The notes: generated by a model from the sequence alone, not told the origin. Positions 28,028-38,361 are shown, counted from the first letter of the whole stretch. The stretch is 62,630 nt of DNA, filler included, from 7 parts of 7 records of this genome joined end to end with filler, not necessarily neighbours in it, one strand, 5' to 3'. Program-made: numbers and translations.

Positions 28028-29074
28028 ATGAAAATTACCATTAATGACCTGGCAACAGCCATTGAAGGTGAAGTCATAGGCGACGGAACCCTGGAAATAT
28101 CCGGGGTTTCCTCCTTTGACGACGCCGGTGCCGACGAGATCACCTTTGCCGTGGACCCCAAGTTCCTGAAACGATTGGGCGAAACCCGGGCCGGGGCCGT
28201 GATCGTGCCACAGGATTTTCCGGATGCCGAATCCGGTGATCTCACCTGCACCCTTGTAAAATCCGAGAATCCAAAGCTTCATTTTTTCAGGATCGTCTCC
28301 AGATTTCATCCTGTAAAAACGCCTGACCGTACTATTTCTCCCATGGCATGCATGGGCAGTAACCTTACCCTGGGAACGGATGTCACCATGGCCCCCAACG
28401 TTACGGTGGGCGACAATGTCACCCTTGGGGACCGTGTTTGCCTCATGCCCGGGGTTTATGTGGGGGATAATGTCGTCATCGGCAGTGATACCATCATCAA
28501 ACCCAATGTGACGGTGATGGAGAAGACACGGATCGGCCGGCGGGTCACCATCCACTCCGGCACGGTGATCGGCAGCGACGGGTTTGGTTTCACCCCCAAC
28601 CAGGGCGCCCATGAGAAGCTGATCCACGCAGGATTCGTCCAGATTGACGATGATGTGGAAATCGGCGCCTGCAACACCATCGACCGGGGAACCCTTGGGC
28701 GTACTTGGATCGGCAGGGGGGTCAAAACCGACAATCTTGTCCATATTGCCCACAACGTCACCATTGGTGAGAATTCCCTCATCGTCGCCCAGGTGGGCAT
28801 TGCAGGGAGCACCGCCATTGGAAAAAATGTAATTCTGGCCGGAAGAGCGGCGGTGTCAGGCCACCTTTCCGTTGGGGACGGCGCCATTGTCGGACCCGGT
28901 GCCGGCGTTCTTTCCAGCGTTGCTCCCGGGGATATCGTCTCAGGGCTTCCCGCCATCCCCCACAAAATATGGCTCAAGGTAGGGCGGATTATACCAAGGC
29001 TTCCGGATTTCAGGAAACGTCTTTCGGCCCTTGAAAAGCGGGTTGAGCGCCAGGAGGCGGATAAACGCGATTAA
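28028..29074 (+). CDS. lpxD: UDP-3-O-acylglucosamine N-acyltransferase
   Basis: Hexapeptide repeats, IGSDGFGF, TIDRG, DNLVHIAHNV. Confidence 0.96.
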   Translation: MKITINDLATAIEGEVIGDGTLEISGVSSFDDAGADEITFAVDPKFLKRLGETRAGAVIVPQDFPDAESGDLTCTLVKSENPKLHFFRIVSRFHPVKTPDRTISPMACMGSNLTLGTDVTMAPNVTVGDNVTLGDRVCLMPGVYVGDNVVIGSDTIIKPNVTVMEKTRIGRRVTIHSGTVIGSDGFGFTPNQGAHEKLIHAGFVQIDDDVEIGACNTIDRGTLGRTWIGRGVKTDNLVHIAHNVTIGENSLIVAQVGIAGSTAIGKNVILAGRAAVSGHLSVGDGAIVGPGAGVLSSVAPGDIVSGLPAIPHKIWLKVGRIIPRLPDFRKRLSALEKRVERQEADKRD

Positions 29075-29147
29075 GCGTTGCAAGATAGGTTGTCATGATT
29101 TACAATCATAATTGTTTCACAGTTTTACCACGAACGGAGTTTTTCAT

Positions 29148-29918
29148 ATGATTCATCCCACGGCAATAATTGATCCCAGTGCTGAGATCGATTCCAACGT
29201 CACCATCGGACCCTATGCCATCATCAAGGAAGATGTCCGCATCGGATCCGGCACCGAGATCGGTCCCCACGCCACCATCGATCAATACGTCACCATTGGC
29301 CCTGACTGCAGGATCTTCCAGTACGCCTCCATCGGTGGAGCGCCCCAGGATTTGAAGTTCCACGGAGAAAAAACCTACCTCAAGATCGGGCGGGGAACCA
29401 TCATCCGTGAATTTGTCACCATCAACCGGGGAACCGAGTTTGGCGGGGGATATACGGAAGTGGGGGAGGAAAACTACCTCATGGCCTATACCCACATTGC
29501 CCACGACTGCAAGACCGGAAACCGGGTCATCCTTGCCAACAACTCCACCCTGGCAGGACACATCGAGGTTGGGAACAACGTAACGGTGGGCGGCCTTGTG
29601 GCGGTTCATCAGTTTGTCAAGGTCGGTGATTATGCCTATATCGGCGGTAAATCCGCCGTTACCAAGGATATTCCCCCCTATGTGATTGCTGCGGGTGACC
29701 GGGCAACCCTTCACGGGCTCAACAATGTCGGCCTCAAGCGGCACAACTTTTCGAAATCCACCCTCCAGGAGCTTAAAAAGGCATACCGGATCGTATTTCG
29801 AATCGGACTCACCGTAAAGCAGGCGGCAGAACGGGTCAAGGCCGAGGTGGAGCAGATCCCCGAGGTGGTCAACTTCATGACCTTTATCCAGGAGTCCAAC
29901 CGGGGCGTGACAAGATAG
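29148..29918 (+). CDS. lpxA: UDP-N-acetylglucosamine acyltransferase
   Basis: MIHPTAII, PQDLKF, REFVTINRGT, HIAHDC, LAGH, VHQF. Confidence 0.97.
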   Translation: MIHPTAIIDPSAEIDSNVTIGPYAIIKEDVRIGSGTEIGPHATIDQYVTIGPDCRIFQYASIGGAPQDLKFHGEKTYLKIGRGTIIREFVTINRGTEFGGGYTEVGEENYLMAYTHIAHDCKTGNRVILANNSTLAGHIEVGNNVTVGGLVAVHQFVKVGDYAYIGGKSAVTKDIPPYVIAAGDRATLHGLNNVGLKRHNFSKSTLQELKKAYRIVFRIGLTVKQAAERVKAEVEQIPEVVNFMTFIQESNRGVTR

Positions 29919-29921
29919 GTT

Positions 29922-30758
29922 ATGAAGATCGGACTCATTGCGGGAGGGGGCCAGTTTCCCCTCCTTTTTGCTAAAAAGGCAAAGCGGAACGGATACGAGA
30001 TCCATGCCGCAGCCTATGTCAACGAAGCCTCGACCGAACTTGCCGACCATGTGGATTCCATTGAGTGGCTCCACCTGGGTCAGGTCGGACGCCTGTTGAA
30101 GCATTTCCGGAGCCAGGGGATCACCGAGGCGGTCATGCTCGGATCGGTGAAAAAAACACGGATCTTCACCGATATCAAGCCGGATCTCAAGGCCCTGGCT
30201 TTCATCGCCAGGATGGGGGCACAAACCCACGACGACTCCATATTGAGGGCCTTTGCGGATCTCCTCCAGAAAGAGGGGGTGTCCATCAGGCCGTCCACTT
30301 TTCTTCTGCCGGAACTCATTTCCCCAAAAGGATGCTGGACTAAGCGTAAACCCGGCAAGGCGGAAAAAAAGGATATTCGAATCGGCTGGCGCATGGCCAG
30401 GGAGATCGGAAGGCTGGACATCGGCCAGTGTCTTGTGATCAGGAACGGAACCGTGCTTGCCGTTGAGGCGGCGGACGGCACCGACGCAACCATTGCCAGG
30501 GGAGGAGAACTTGGCAAGGGGGTGGCCCCAGGTAAGGGAGGCACCGTGGTGGTGAAGCTGTGCAAGCCTGAACAGGACCAGCGGTTCGATCTGCCCTCCT
30601 CGGGTGTTGAAACCATCCGGACCATGCACGCCTCAGGGGTTTCGGTGCTGGTGCTCGAGGCGGGAAAGAGCCTCTCTTTTGACAGGGAAGAGATGATCGA
30701 ACTTGCCGACGAACTCGGTATCTCCATTGTGGCCATGGAAGAGGGAGATGCGGCATGA
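29922..30758 (+). CDS. lpxI: UDP-2,3-diacylglucosamine diphosphatase LpxI
   Basis: GLIAGGGQFP, LDIGQ, AVEAADGTD, KPEQDQRFDLP. Confidence 0.93.
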   Translation: MKIGLIAGGGQFPLLFAKKAKRNGYEIHAAAYVNEASTELADHVDSIEWLHLGQVGRLLKHFRSQGITEAVMLGSVKKTRIFTDIKPDLKALAFIARMGAQTHDDSILRAFADLLQKEGVSIRPSTFLLPELISPKGCWTKRKPGKAEKKDIRIGWRMAREIGRLDIGQCLVIRNGTVLAVEAADGTDATIARGGELGKGVAPGKGGTVVVKLCKPEQDQRFDLPSSGVETIRTMHASGVSVLVLEAGKSLSFDREEMIELADELGISIVAMEEGDAA

Positions 30759-31903
30759 CACCGATTCAACGGTCCCGGCACATCATGATCCTCGCCGGGG
30801 AACCCTCCGGGGATCTCCACGGCGCCAACCTGGTCAAAAGCCTGAAACAGACGGATCCCCGGATCAGGATCACCGGCATCGGCGGAGACGGGATGGCGGA
30901 TCAAGGCATGGAGCTGTTTTTCCACATCAACCGGCTCTCGGTCATGGGGGTCACGGAGGTGCTTCTCCAGTTCAGGGTCATCAAACAGGCTTTCGATTGC
31001 TTCAAAGGGCAGGTCAGAACCACGAAACCGGATCTTGTGATCCTGATCGATTATCCCGGGTTCAATCTCCGGGCCGCCGCATTCGCCAAAAAAGCCGGAG
31101 TGCCGGTCCTCTACTACATCACGCCTAAGGTGTGGGCCTGGAAGCGTTCCCGGCTCAAGACCATCAAACGGGTGGTGGACCATGCCGCCCTGATTTTCCC
31201 GTTTGAGCTGCCCATATTTCAAAAGGAAGGCATCCCTTCTACCTTTGTTGGCCATCCCCTCCTGGACTGCTATCCCGACACCATTATCCCCAATCGATCC
31301 GGGGAGGAAGGGGAATATATTATCGGTCTGCTTCCCGGATCCAGGGAGACGGAGATATCAGCCCTTTTAAAGACCATGGCTGAATCCGCCGTCCTTATCT
31401 CGGAACGTATCGGGAAAGTCCGGTTCCTTGTGTCCGCGGCCCCGACAGTGGACCACGGACGGATGGAAAAGATTATCGCCCCCCACAACCGCGACCGTCT
31501 GTTCACCCTTGTCAAGGGCACTCCCCAGGCGATTTTCGGCCGGGCGGACCTGCTGGTCGCCGCCTCGGGTACCGTGACCCTGGAAGCCGCCATCTGCGGG
31601 GTTCCCATGATCATTGTGTACAAGCTCTCCTCCCTGAGCTTTTTCATTGGAAAGATTTTTGTAAAACTCAAGCATGTTGGGCTTGCCAACATCATCGCGG
31701 GGCACGAAGTGGTTCCGGAACTGCTCCAGGACAAGGCAACACCGGAAACCATCGCCAACACCGCCGTATCTCTCCTGAACCCTGATAAACTCAGACGAAT
31801 GCGGGCAAAGCTGTTGATGATTCGAAAACTGCTTGGGGGCAGGGGAGCGTCCCTGCGCACTGCACGGCTGGCCCTGAAACTCATGGGACCCCGCGAACAT
31901 TGA
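30755..31903 (+). CDS. lpxB: Lipid-A-disaccharide synthase
   Basis: AGEPSGDLHG, IDYPGFN, PKVWAW, VGHPL, LLPGSR, ASGTVTLE. Confidence 0.97.
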   Translation: MTPIQRSRHIMILAGEPSGDLHGANLVKSLKQTDPRIRITGIGGDGMADQGMELFFHINRLSVMGVTEVLLQFRVIKQAFDCFKGQVRTTKPDLVILIDYPGFNLRAAAFAKKAGVPVLYYITPKVWAWKRSRLKTIKRVVDHAALIFPFELPIFQKEGIPSTFVGHPLLDCYPDTIIPNRSGEEGEYIIGLLPGSRETEISALLKTMAESAVLISERIGKVRFLVSAAPTVDHGRMEKIIAPHNRDRLFTLVKGTPQAIFGRADLLVAASGTVTLEAAICGVPMIIVYKLSSLSFFIGKIFVKLKHVGLANIIAGHEVVPELLQDKATPETIANTAVSLLNPDKLRRMRAKLLMIRKLLGGRGASLRTARLALKLMGPREH

Positions 31904-32000
31904 CAGAAAAACCCTTTTTCCCTTTGACATTTTTCGGGACTATGATCTAATACCAACGATATTCTGTCAAATTCCATGTTAAAGAGGTAAACACTACACC

Positions 32001-33245
32001 ATGCCAACCCAGTTGATTCTTCTTCTTCTCTGCTTATTTCTGTCTGCTTTTTTTTCCTCTGCCGAGACTGCGCTTTTTACCATATCAAAAATCCGGGCCC
32101 TTCACCTGGCCAAGGAGGGGACACGGTTCGACCGCCTCATCATGCGGATGAAGGAAGATTCCCACAGTCTTTTGACAACCATTCTCATTGGAAACAACCT
32201 GGTGAACATCGGCGGTTCCTCCCTTGCCACCGCCATTGTCATGGAGCAGTTCCAGTCCAACGCCGTGGGCATTGCCACCGGTATCATGACCTTTCTCATC
32301 CTCGTGTTCGGGGAGATCATTCCCAAATCCTTTGCCACCCAGAACAATGTGCTGGTTGCCAGGGTCGTCATTTTTCCCCTGTTCTGGCTTTCCAAGCTGT
32401 TTTATCCCATCATCGTGGTCCTCAATTTCATCCCCAGGATCCTTGGCGGCTATTCAAAACAACCCGCCGTTACCGAGGATGAGCTCATGACCATGGTGGA
32501 AGTGGTGGAGGAGGGCGGTGAGATCAAGGAGGAGGAACGGGAACTGATCTCCAACATTTTTGAATTTGACGATACCAGTTCCTCCGAGATCATGACCCCC
32601 AGGGTGGACATGTATGTCATCGATCTGGATGAACCCCTGGATATCAAGGAGATCATCAATTCCGGATTTTCCAGGATTCCCGTCATTGAGGAGAACATCG
32701 ACAACGTGGTGGGGATCCTGAACATCAAGGACCTGTTCGCCCATTACCATGAGCGCTGTCTCAGGGATGACGATTCAGCCTTTGATGTGAGGACGATCAT
32801 GCGGGAACCCCTTTTCGTTCCGGAATCGAAAAAGATCGATTCCCTGCTCCATGAGTTCAAGCAGTTGAAAAACCATATCGGTATCGTGATCGACGAACAC
32901 GGCGGCGTCGAGGGCCTGGTCACCATGGAGGATGTCCTGGAGGAGCTCGTGGGTGAAATCTCGGACGAGACCGACCAGCTCGACCCCCACCTGGTAAAGC
33001 TCAAGGATAAACGCTGGATCGTCCTTGGCAAGGCCGACATCGACGAGATCAACAAGAACCTGGATCTGAACATCGATGAATCCACCGACTATGATACCTT
33101 TTCAGGATATATCCTTGACCGGATCGGGAGGATCCCGGATGTGGGTGAGAGCATCGACATCGAACCCTATACGGCCACGGTCAAGGAGAAGGACGGGAAC
33201 CGGATAAAAACCTTTGTGTTGAAAAAAGAAGTAAAAAAGCCTTGA
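32001..33245 (+). CDS. HlyC/CorC (CNNM-CBS-CorC) Mg/Co transporter
   Basis: SAFFSSAETA, TILIGNNLVN, FGEIIPK, SRIPV, DEHGG..GLVTMEDVLEELVGEI. Confidence 0.95.
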   Translation: MPTQLILLLLCLFLSAFFSSAETALFTISKIRALHLAKEGTRFDRLIMRMKEDSHSLLTTILIGNNLVNIGGSSLATAIVMEQFQSNAVGIATGIMTFLILVFGEIIPKSFATQNNVLVARVVIFPLFWLSKLFYPIIVVLNFIPRILGGYSKQPAVTEDELMTMVEVVEEGGEIKEEERELISNIFEFDDTSSSEIMTPRVDMYVIDLDEPLDIKEIINSGFSRIPVIEENIDNVVGILNIKDLFAHYHERCLRDDDSAFDVRTIMREPLFVPESKKIDSLLHEFKQLKNHIGIVIDEHGGVEGLVTMEDVLEELVGEISDETDQLDPHLVKLKDKRWIVLGKADIDEINKNLDLNIDESTDYDTFSGYILDRIGRIPDVGESIDIEPYTATVKEKDGNRIKTFVLKKEVKKP

Positions 33246-33290
33246 CATTGACGAAAAGAGTCTATACGCTGTTACGAAATTATTAACCGT

Positions 33291-33390
33291 NNNNNNNNNN
33301 NNNNNNNNNNNNNNNNNNNNNNNNNNNNNNNNNNTTAATTAATTAANNNNNNNNNNNNNNNNNNNNNNNNNNNNNNNNNNNNNNNNNNNN
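33291..33390. other. Artificial contig spacer
   Basis: N/TTAATTAATTAA/N. Confidence 0.99.
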
Positions 33391-33391
33391 A

Positions 33392-34279
33392 AAAGCGCAC
33401 ACAATCTCAAAAAGTTGGAATATGAAAAAGATTGCTCTTGAAGGACATGTTTATGGTTTTAAAAAGGATTTTTTTGCAAAAACATCAGAGATAGAAGAGA
33501 TTGGTGTAAATAAGGCATCTACCTTTAATGGTTTTTGTGGAAAACATGATAGAGAGCTATTTTCTTGTATTGAAAATGATCCTTTTGTTGGAGAAAAAAA
33601 GCAGTTTTTTATGTTAGCATACAGGATAGTTGCAAGAGAGGTATATCTAAAGCTATCATCTATTGGCACATTTAAAGAAATATTAAAACATGAAGGTTAC
33701 AATTATAATATGGCGCAATTTATAGGGACAGAAGAACTGTCTAAAAATGATTTAGAAAATAATAAAAAGTTTCTAGATAACTTTTTTAAGCAAAGTGATT
33801 TCTCAAAAATAAAACACTTAACTATAGAATTTGATGGAAACCCAGATATTATGGCTGCTGGAACAATTCTTCCAGGGTATGCTTTTGATGGTAGTATACT
33901 TCAAGATAATTTTGATTTTTATAAATCAACGATTTTAGATCCGATTACGTTTACAACGTTTACTCTTGAAAATAGTTGGGCTTTTTCCTTTATATGGCTA
34001 GAAAATTTCGACAAGGTTTGTATTCCTTTTGTTCAGTCTTTCCTTGATTCTTTCTCAGATGATAGAAAAGGAAACGCAATTGTCAGATTTCTTTATGAAT
34101 ATTGTGAAAATATATTTTTTAGTCCTGCATGGTGGGATAGATTAGATAATTATATGCAACAAGAATTAAAAAAGCTATTTGAAGTAACTGTTTCAGAGGA
34201 AAAAAGATACAGGAACATTTTGGAAAACAATAGAAATTATGTTGATTGGAAAGTCAAAGGGGTGAAAAAAAATTACTAA
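33392..34279 (+). CDS. Hypothetical protein of the SEC-C-associated type, 5'-truncated
   Basis: Frame is open from the contig edge: KAHTISK...ASTFNGFCGKHDRELF His/Cys motifs. Confidence 0.65.
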   Translation, partial: KAHTISKSWNMKKIALEGHVYGFKKDFFAKTSEIEEIGVNKASTFNGFCGKHDRELFSCIENDPFVGEKKQFFMLAYRIVAREVYLKLSSIGTFKEILKHEGYNYNMAQFIGTEELSKNDLENNKKFLDNFFKQSDFSKIKHLTIEFDGNPDIMAAGTILPGYAFDGSILQDNFDFYKSTILDPITFTTFTLENSWAFSFIWLENFDKVCIPFVQSFLDSFSDDRKGNAIVRFLYEYCENIFFSPAWWDRLDNYMQQELKKLFEVTVSEEKRYRNILENNRNYVDWKVKGVKKNY

Positions 34280-34298
34280 ATACTTATAATAAAAAACG

Positions 34299-34498
34299 CT
34301 CTAACACCTAAAATTAACTTGCTTTTTAAAACTATAAACCCTTTTTTTTGCTTTAAAGATGAAGTTTAATAGGATAAGCAGGGATACATTCTCTGCAGTT
34401 GATTGAGTTGATAAAAACAAACCATAAAATACTTAAATAATTCATCCATTTTTATTGAATTCTATTTAAAAAACAGGATAATTAATTTCGTGTTATAT
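34299..34498 (+). mobile_element. Long attC-like element between two AT-rich ORFs
   Basis: CTCTAACACCTAAAATTAA 20 nt after a stop codon pairs with TTAATTTCGTGTTATAT 22 nt before the next start. Confidence 0.4.
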
Positions 34499-34520
34499 TC
34501 TTCAATAAAGAGGTTTTGTA

Positions 34521-35810
34521 TTGAGTCGGGAAATTGTTGGAATAATAGTTGTAATTCTCTCCTTTCTATTAGGTTCTGGAATATTTTGGAGGTTTTGGCC
34601 AAGTATTAAAAAATATTGTAAAAAGAAATTTTATAAGACGAAAACAAGCAAAATAAACGTTATATTTGCTTTTGAGATTCCTCAAGAAGATAAAAGAGCC
34701 AAAGGTTATTTTAATGAATTAAGGACCAGTGTAGTAACCCAGCTTAAAAAGTGCGGAATAACAGATGAATTTGTTATAGAAGATTTCTCTAATTGTTGTC
34801 ATTTTAAAAACAATAATGATGCTGAGAAGTATACTAAAGAAAAAAGTATTAATATATTAATTTGGGGAAGAATATCATCTTCAATGAAAGATAAAGGAGA
34901 AGAGATTAACATGATTGATCTTAAATTTTCCTTCAATCACAGAAGTGATGAAAAGGGCATTTTGGCAGCATTAATAAAATCAGATGTCAATAATGCACTG
35001 AAAGAATCTCCTTATGAGAAGTATAGTGGAAATAATTCAGAAAAGTTCATTACAATAAGTGAAAAGGATTCATTTAATGATATTCGTTTACTTTCAAAAA
35101 AAATATCTTTTTTGTCCCTTTATATTTCGACTTTAATATTAAAAATATCTGGAGCAGAAAACAGTATTGAAAGATGTATTAAAGTTTACGAAAAGGTTTT
35201 AGCGACAAATAAAAAATTTGAGAAAGAAAAAGTTTTGCCACATCTAATGGATTGTTATGAAGTTCAAGTATTAAAATTTAGCTCGCTTGAAAGAATAAAA
35301 GAAGCGTATGATATTTGCATAAAATTAGTTAAAATAAACCCAAGGAATCAAATTGCGTTATCTGGCATTTCATTATTTGCTTATAAATTGGAGAAATTAT
35401 CAGAATCAAAACAAGCTGTGAAAGAATGTTATTTATTTTATCCTCAGAGTACTGTTGCTGTAGTCAACTCAGCCTTTGTGGATATAATTGATAAAAAATA
35501 TAAAAATGCTTTCAAAAAATATAAAAAGATTGACGAGAGAAAACGGGCAGACATAAATTGGACTCAAGTTAATAAATTTTTTGAAGATGAGTTGTCAAAG
35601 AAAGATGTCGATCCTGCATTTTTATATGCAAATGCAATGGTGTATAAGTTTTCCGGGAATGATAGGGTTGCCGCCAATGATTTTTATAAATTCTTGAATA
35701 GAGTTGATGAAATCAACACACTAGATCGAAACAAGTATAAGGAAATGTATAGGGATACAAAAAAACAGATGAAAGAACTGAAAATTAATGTCATTGAAAA
35801 TAATGAGTAA
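34521..35810 (+). CDS. Membrane-anchored hypothetical protein with a TPR-like C-terminus
   Basis: N-terminal TM helix; helical repeats such as INPRNQIAL and YPQSTVA. Confidence 0.65.
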   Translation: MSREIVGIIVVILSFLLGSGIFWRFWPSIKKYCKKKFYKTKTSKINVIFAFEIPQEDKRAKGYFNELRTSVVTQLKKCGITDEFVIEDFSNCCHFKNNNDAEKYTKEKSINILIWGRISSSMKDKGEEINMIDLKFSFNHRSDEKGILAALIKSDVNNALKESPYEKYSGNNSEKFITISEKDSFNDIRLLSKKISFLSLYISTLILKISGAENSIERCIKVYEKVLATNKKFEKEKVLPHLMDCYEVQVLKFSSLERIKEAYDICIKLVKINPRNQIALSGISLFAYKLEKLSESKQAVKECYLFYPQSTVAVVNSAFVDIIDKKYKNAFKKYKKIDERKRADINWTQVNKFFEDELSKKDVDPAFLYANAMVYKFSGNDRVAANDFYKFLNRVDEINTLDRNKYKEMYRDTKKQMKELKINVIENNE

Positions 35811-35834
35811 ATGAGATTTGTATTAGCAGTGATG

Positions 35835-36515
35835 TTATTGCCATTCTCTAACTTTCTTAATTAAATATAATTCTTTATGTTTTACAATACTAGCAACGCC
35901 TGCCTCCCATTTACATAATTTATCATCGTGAAAGCCAAATACCGAAAAATTTTGAAAAGTAGCAATGACTTCTTCTACATTGGTATTTTTACAAACTTCT
36001 AAAGTTATTTCTTCGTGCATTTTTTCTGGATAGTCGGAAATTTGAGACGGGTCTGTTTTTACAGAATAATAAAAAGGAGAAACGGCAAAAACTCCTATAA
36101 TGTGGAAATCATCAACGATCCATTCATTATAACCGTTTTTCCTATTCAAAATACTGTGCTCAACGCTAATAAGTGTTGGCTTTTTTGACCAGTTGCTATT
36201 GCGCTCACCAAAACAAATATCTGAACCACAATCGTCACAACTCACTGCTTTTAAAGAAGAATCATTGTTAAGTCCAAGAACAACACCAATACAACCAGTA
36301 GCATTTATGTTTGGACCATCAAAACAGTCTCCAGGTTGCACTGTAGAACATGACAATCCTCCTTTTGTCTGGTTATTGAGCACACGTTTTAGATCATTGG
36401 GGTACATATTATCTTCTCGTGCTATTCCAGATCCTTTTGGACATCCCGAGAAATGAACTATTAATGCATTTTGTTTGTTTAAAAGATCGTAAATTTGAGA
36501 TTTTGTTATTGTCAT
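35835..36515 (-). CDS. Hypothetical protein, possible ADP-ribosyltransferase fold
   Basis: VHFS...LSCSTV...GYNEWIV spacing. Start uncertain (36515 or 36530). Confidence 0.55.
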   Translation of the reverse strand: MTITKSQIYDLLNKQNALIVHFSGCPKGSGIAREDNMYPNDLKRVLNNQTKGGLSCSTVQPGDCFDGPNINATGCIGVVLGLNNDSSLKAVSCDDCGSDICFGERNSNWSKKPTLISVEHSILNRKNGYNEWIVDDFHIIGVFAVSPFYYSVKTDPSQISDYPEKMHEEITLEVCKNTNVEEVIATFQNFSVFGFHDDKLCKWEAGVASIVKHKELYLIKKVREWQ

Positions 36516-36540
36516 ATTTTGAACCTTCATATTATTGAAA

Positions 36541-37383
36541 TCAACCAGTCTTAACTTCCTTCTTCTTCGGAACCTTAAATTCAAACTCTCTACTCAAAGC
36601 ATGAATCTTAGGCGGGCAGGCAGGAACACATTCACCACATTTGATGCAGTCAATTGAATTTATTCCTTCAGGCAGTTCAAGTCCCATTGGGCACGCTTTT
36701 GAGCATGCGTGGCAGTTGGTGCACGCAACTTTATCAAGTTTGATCTGAAGGAAAGATATCTTGTTGAAGAATCCGAGTATAAGTCCAAGCGGGCAGAAAT
36801 ATCTGCAGAAGGCTCTTTTCTCTCTGAATATCAAAACTAGGAAGAGAATGGAAAGGGCGACTTTCCAATAAAATGTGACTCCTATTGATGATCTGAGTCC
36901 TTCGTTTGCTGCAATTATTGGAATTCCTGCTGTGATCAGTCCGGAAGGGCAAATCCATGCACAAAATCCCTGAGCGAGTCCAAAAGCGGGAACGATTATC
37001 ACAAGGAGAATAAGATTTCCCCATTTGATATATCTAAGTTTTCCGGGAAGTTTCGCTGCGTTATTTTTTATTGGTGAAATACCGTAAAGCAGTTCCTGGA
37101 AAAATCCAAAAGGACAGACATAGGCGCAGCTTGCTGATCCAAAGATCGATCCAACTGCTGCAAGAGTTCCAAGAGCGAGATAGGGGATCATCGTCGCATA
37201 TTTTATTACATATTGGATCGTTCCAAGCGGGCATCCAAAAGCCATTGAAGGACAGCTGTAGCAGTGAAGCCCAGGTGCGCAAAATGATTTGGTCGGACCG
37301 TTGTAGGGTCTTCCGGTAAGGAAATTAGAAATAAAAGGATTCTGGACAATAAGAAAGATAAGCTGGATAAGTCTTCTACTCAT
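36541..37383 (-). CDS. Membrane 4Fe-4S binding protein (NapH/MauN/YccM-like)
   Basis: CAPGLHCYSCP, CAYVCPFG, CAWICP, FCRYFCPLG, CTNCHACSKACP, CIKCGECVPACP. Confidence 0.9.
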   Translation of the reverse strand: MSRRLIQLIFLIVQNPFISNFLTGRPYNGPTKSFCAPGLHCYSCPSMAFGCPLGTIQYVIKYATMIPYLALGTLAAVGSIFGSASCAYVCPFGFFQELLYGISPIKNNAAKLPGKLRYIKWGNLILLVIIVPAFGLAQGFCAWICPSGLITAGIPIIAANEGLRSSIGVTFYWKVALSILFLVLIFREKRAFCRYFCPLGLILGFFNKISFLQIKLDKVACTNCHACSKACPMGLELPEGINSIDCIKCGECVPACPPKIHALSREFEFKVPKKKEVKTG

Positions 37384-37591
37384 TTTCCACCTCCTCTTCA
37401 TCACTTCCAAAAAGCTTTTCAAAAATGTTCTCATCACTTAGCCCGATACAGCTCATGCACACATTTTTGCCGGCAGCTTCAACAAGGTTTATTTCCTTTG
37501 TGCCGTACTCATCTATTTCATGAGTCCATGCTTTGAAAATAAAGATCGCAGAAATGACAATAATGATCGAAACGATGATAATTCTTTTCAT
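37376..37591 (-). CDS. Small membrane CxxC protein (CD1871A-like)
   Basis: TM helix followed by AGKNVCMSCIGL; overlaps the 4Fe-4S gene start. Confidence 0.75.
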   Translation of the reverse strand: MKRIIIVSIIIVISAIFIFKAWTHEIDEYGTKEINLVEAAGKNVCMSCIGLSDENIFEKLFGSDEEEVENE

Positions 37592-38361
37592 TTTTCCTCT
37601 TTTTTCAAATTGTATAAAGCTGCACCGAATGCTCCCATGAACTGGGAAAAGTCATCGGTCTTTATCTGTGCTTTAAGGATCTGTTCAAGATGAAATTTTA
37701 CAGGATTCATTTTTGATACTCCGCCTGACATGAAAAACGGTCCGGTCGGATGTATCCTTCCAGCCATAAAAGCAACGTTAAGTGCAACCATTTTTGCAAT
37801 TGAAGAAGCAATAACAACAGGATCAACATCATTAGCCATCAGCGAAACAACCTCGCTTTCTGCAAAAACTGTGCAAGTTGAATTTATTTCCTTAGCCTCA
37901 ACTTTAGAAACATCAAGATTTGCAAATTCTTCAATGCTCATGCCTAATCTTGAGCACATAACCTCAAGAAAACGTCCTGTTCCGGCGGCACATCTATCAT
38001 TCATGATGAAATCAGCTATCCTGCCGGACTCATTAATAGTTATGATCTTACTGTCCTGTCCGCCGATATCAATTATAGTTGCAGTTTGAGGATGCTTTTC
38101 AAAAACGCCCATGTAATGACATGTTATTTCAGTTACAGCACTTCCAGTCAAAGGTTTAACGGATTCTCTGCCATATCCGGTCACTGAGCTTGAGAGTTTT
38201 TTCCTTTCAATACTTGCTGGAATTGTCTCGACAAGTTTTTCATAGGTCGCAGTTGCAGATTTTACAGTTTCAATTATGGTTTTAAAGAGAACTTCTTTAT
38301 CTTCATTAATTATTACGATCTTTCCGGTTCTTGAACCGATATCAATTCCTAAGTAAAACAT
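37588..38361 (-). CDS. CoA-substrate-specific enzyme activase
   Basis: LGIDIGS, TGYGR, EITCH, DIGGQDSK, MNDRCAAGTGRFLE, CTVFAESEV. Confidence 0.95.
   Translation of the reverse strand: MFYLGIDIGSRTGKIVIINEDKEVLFKTIIETVKSATATYEKLVETIPASIERKKLSSSVTGYGRESVKPLTGSAVTEITCHYMGVFEKHPQTATIIDIGGQDSKIITINESGRIADFIMNDRCAAGTGRFLEVMCSRLGMSIEEFANLDVSKVEAKEINSTCTVFAESEVVSLMANDVDPVVIASSIAKMVALNVAFMAGRIHPTGPFFMSGGVSKMNPVKFHLEQILKAQIKTDDFSQFMGAFGAALYNLKKEEK

Noticed and set aside
29106-31255. Minus-strand 507-aa and 391-aa ORFs
   Set aside because: Antisense to the well-supported lpxA-lpxI-lpxB genes.
7036-38361. Two activase genes as a duplicated system
   Set aside because: They lie on different contigs with very different base composition.
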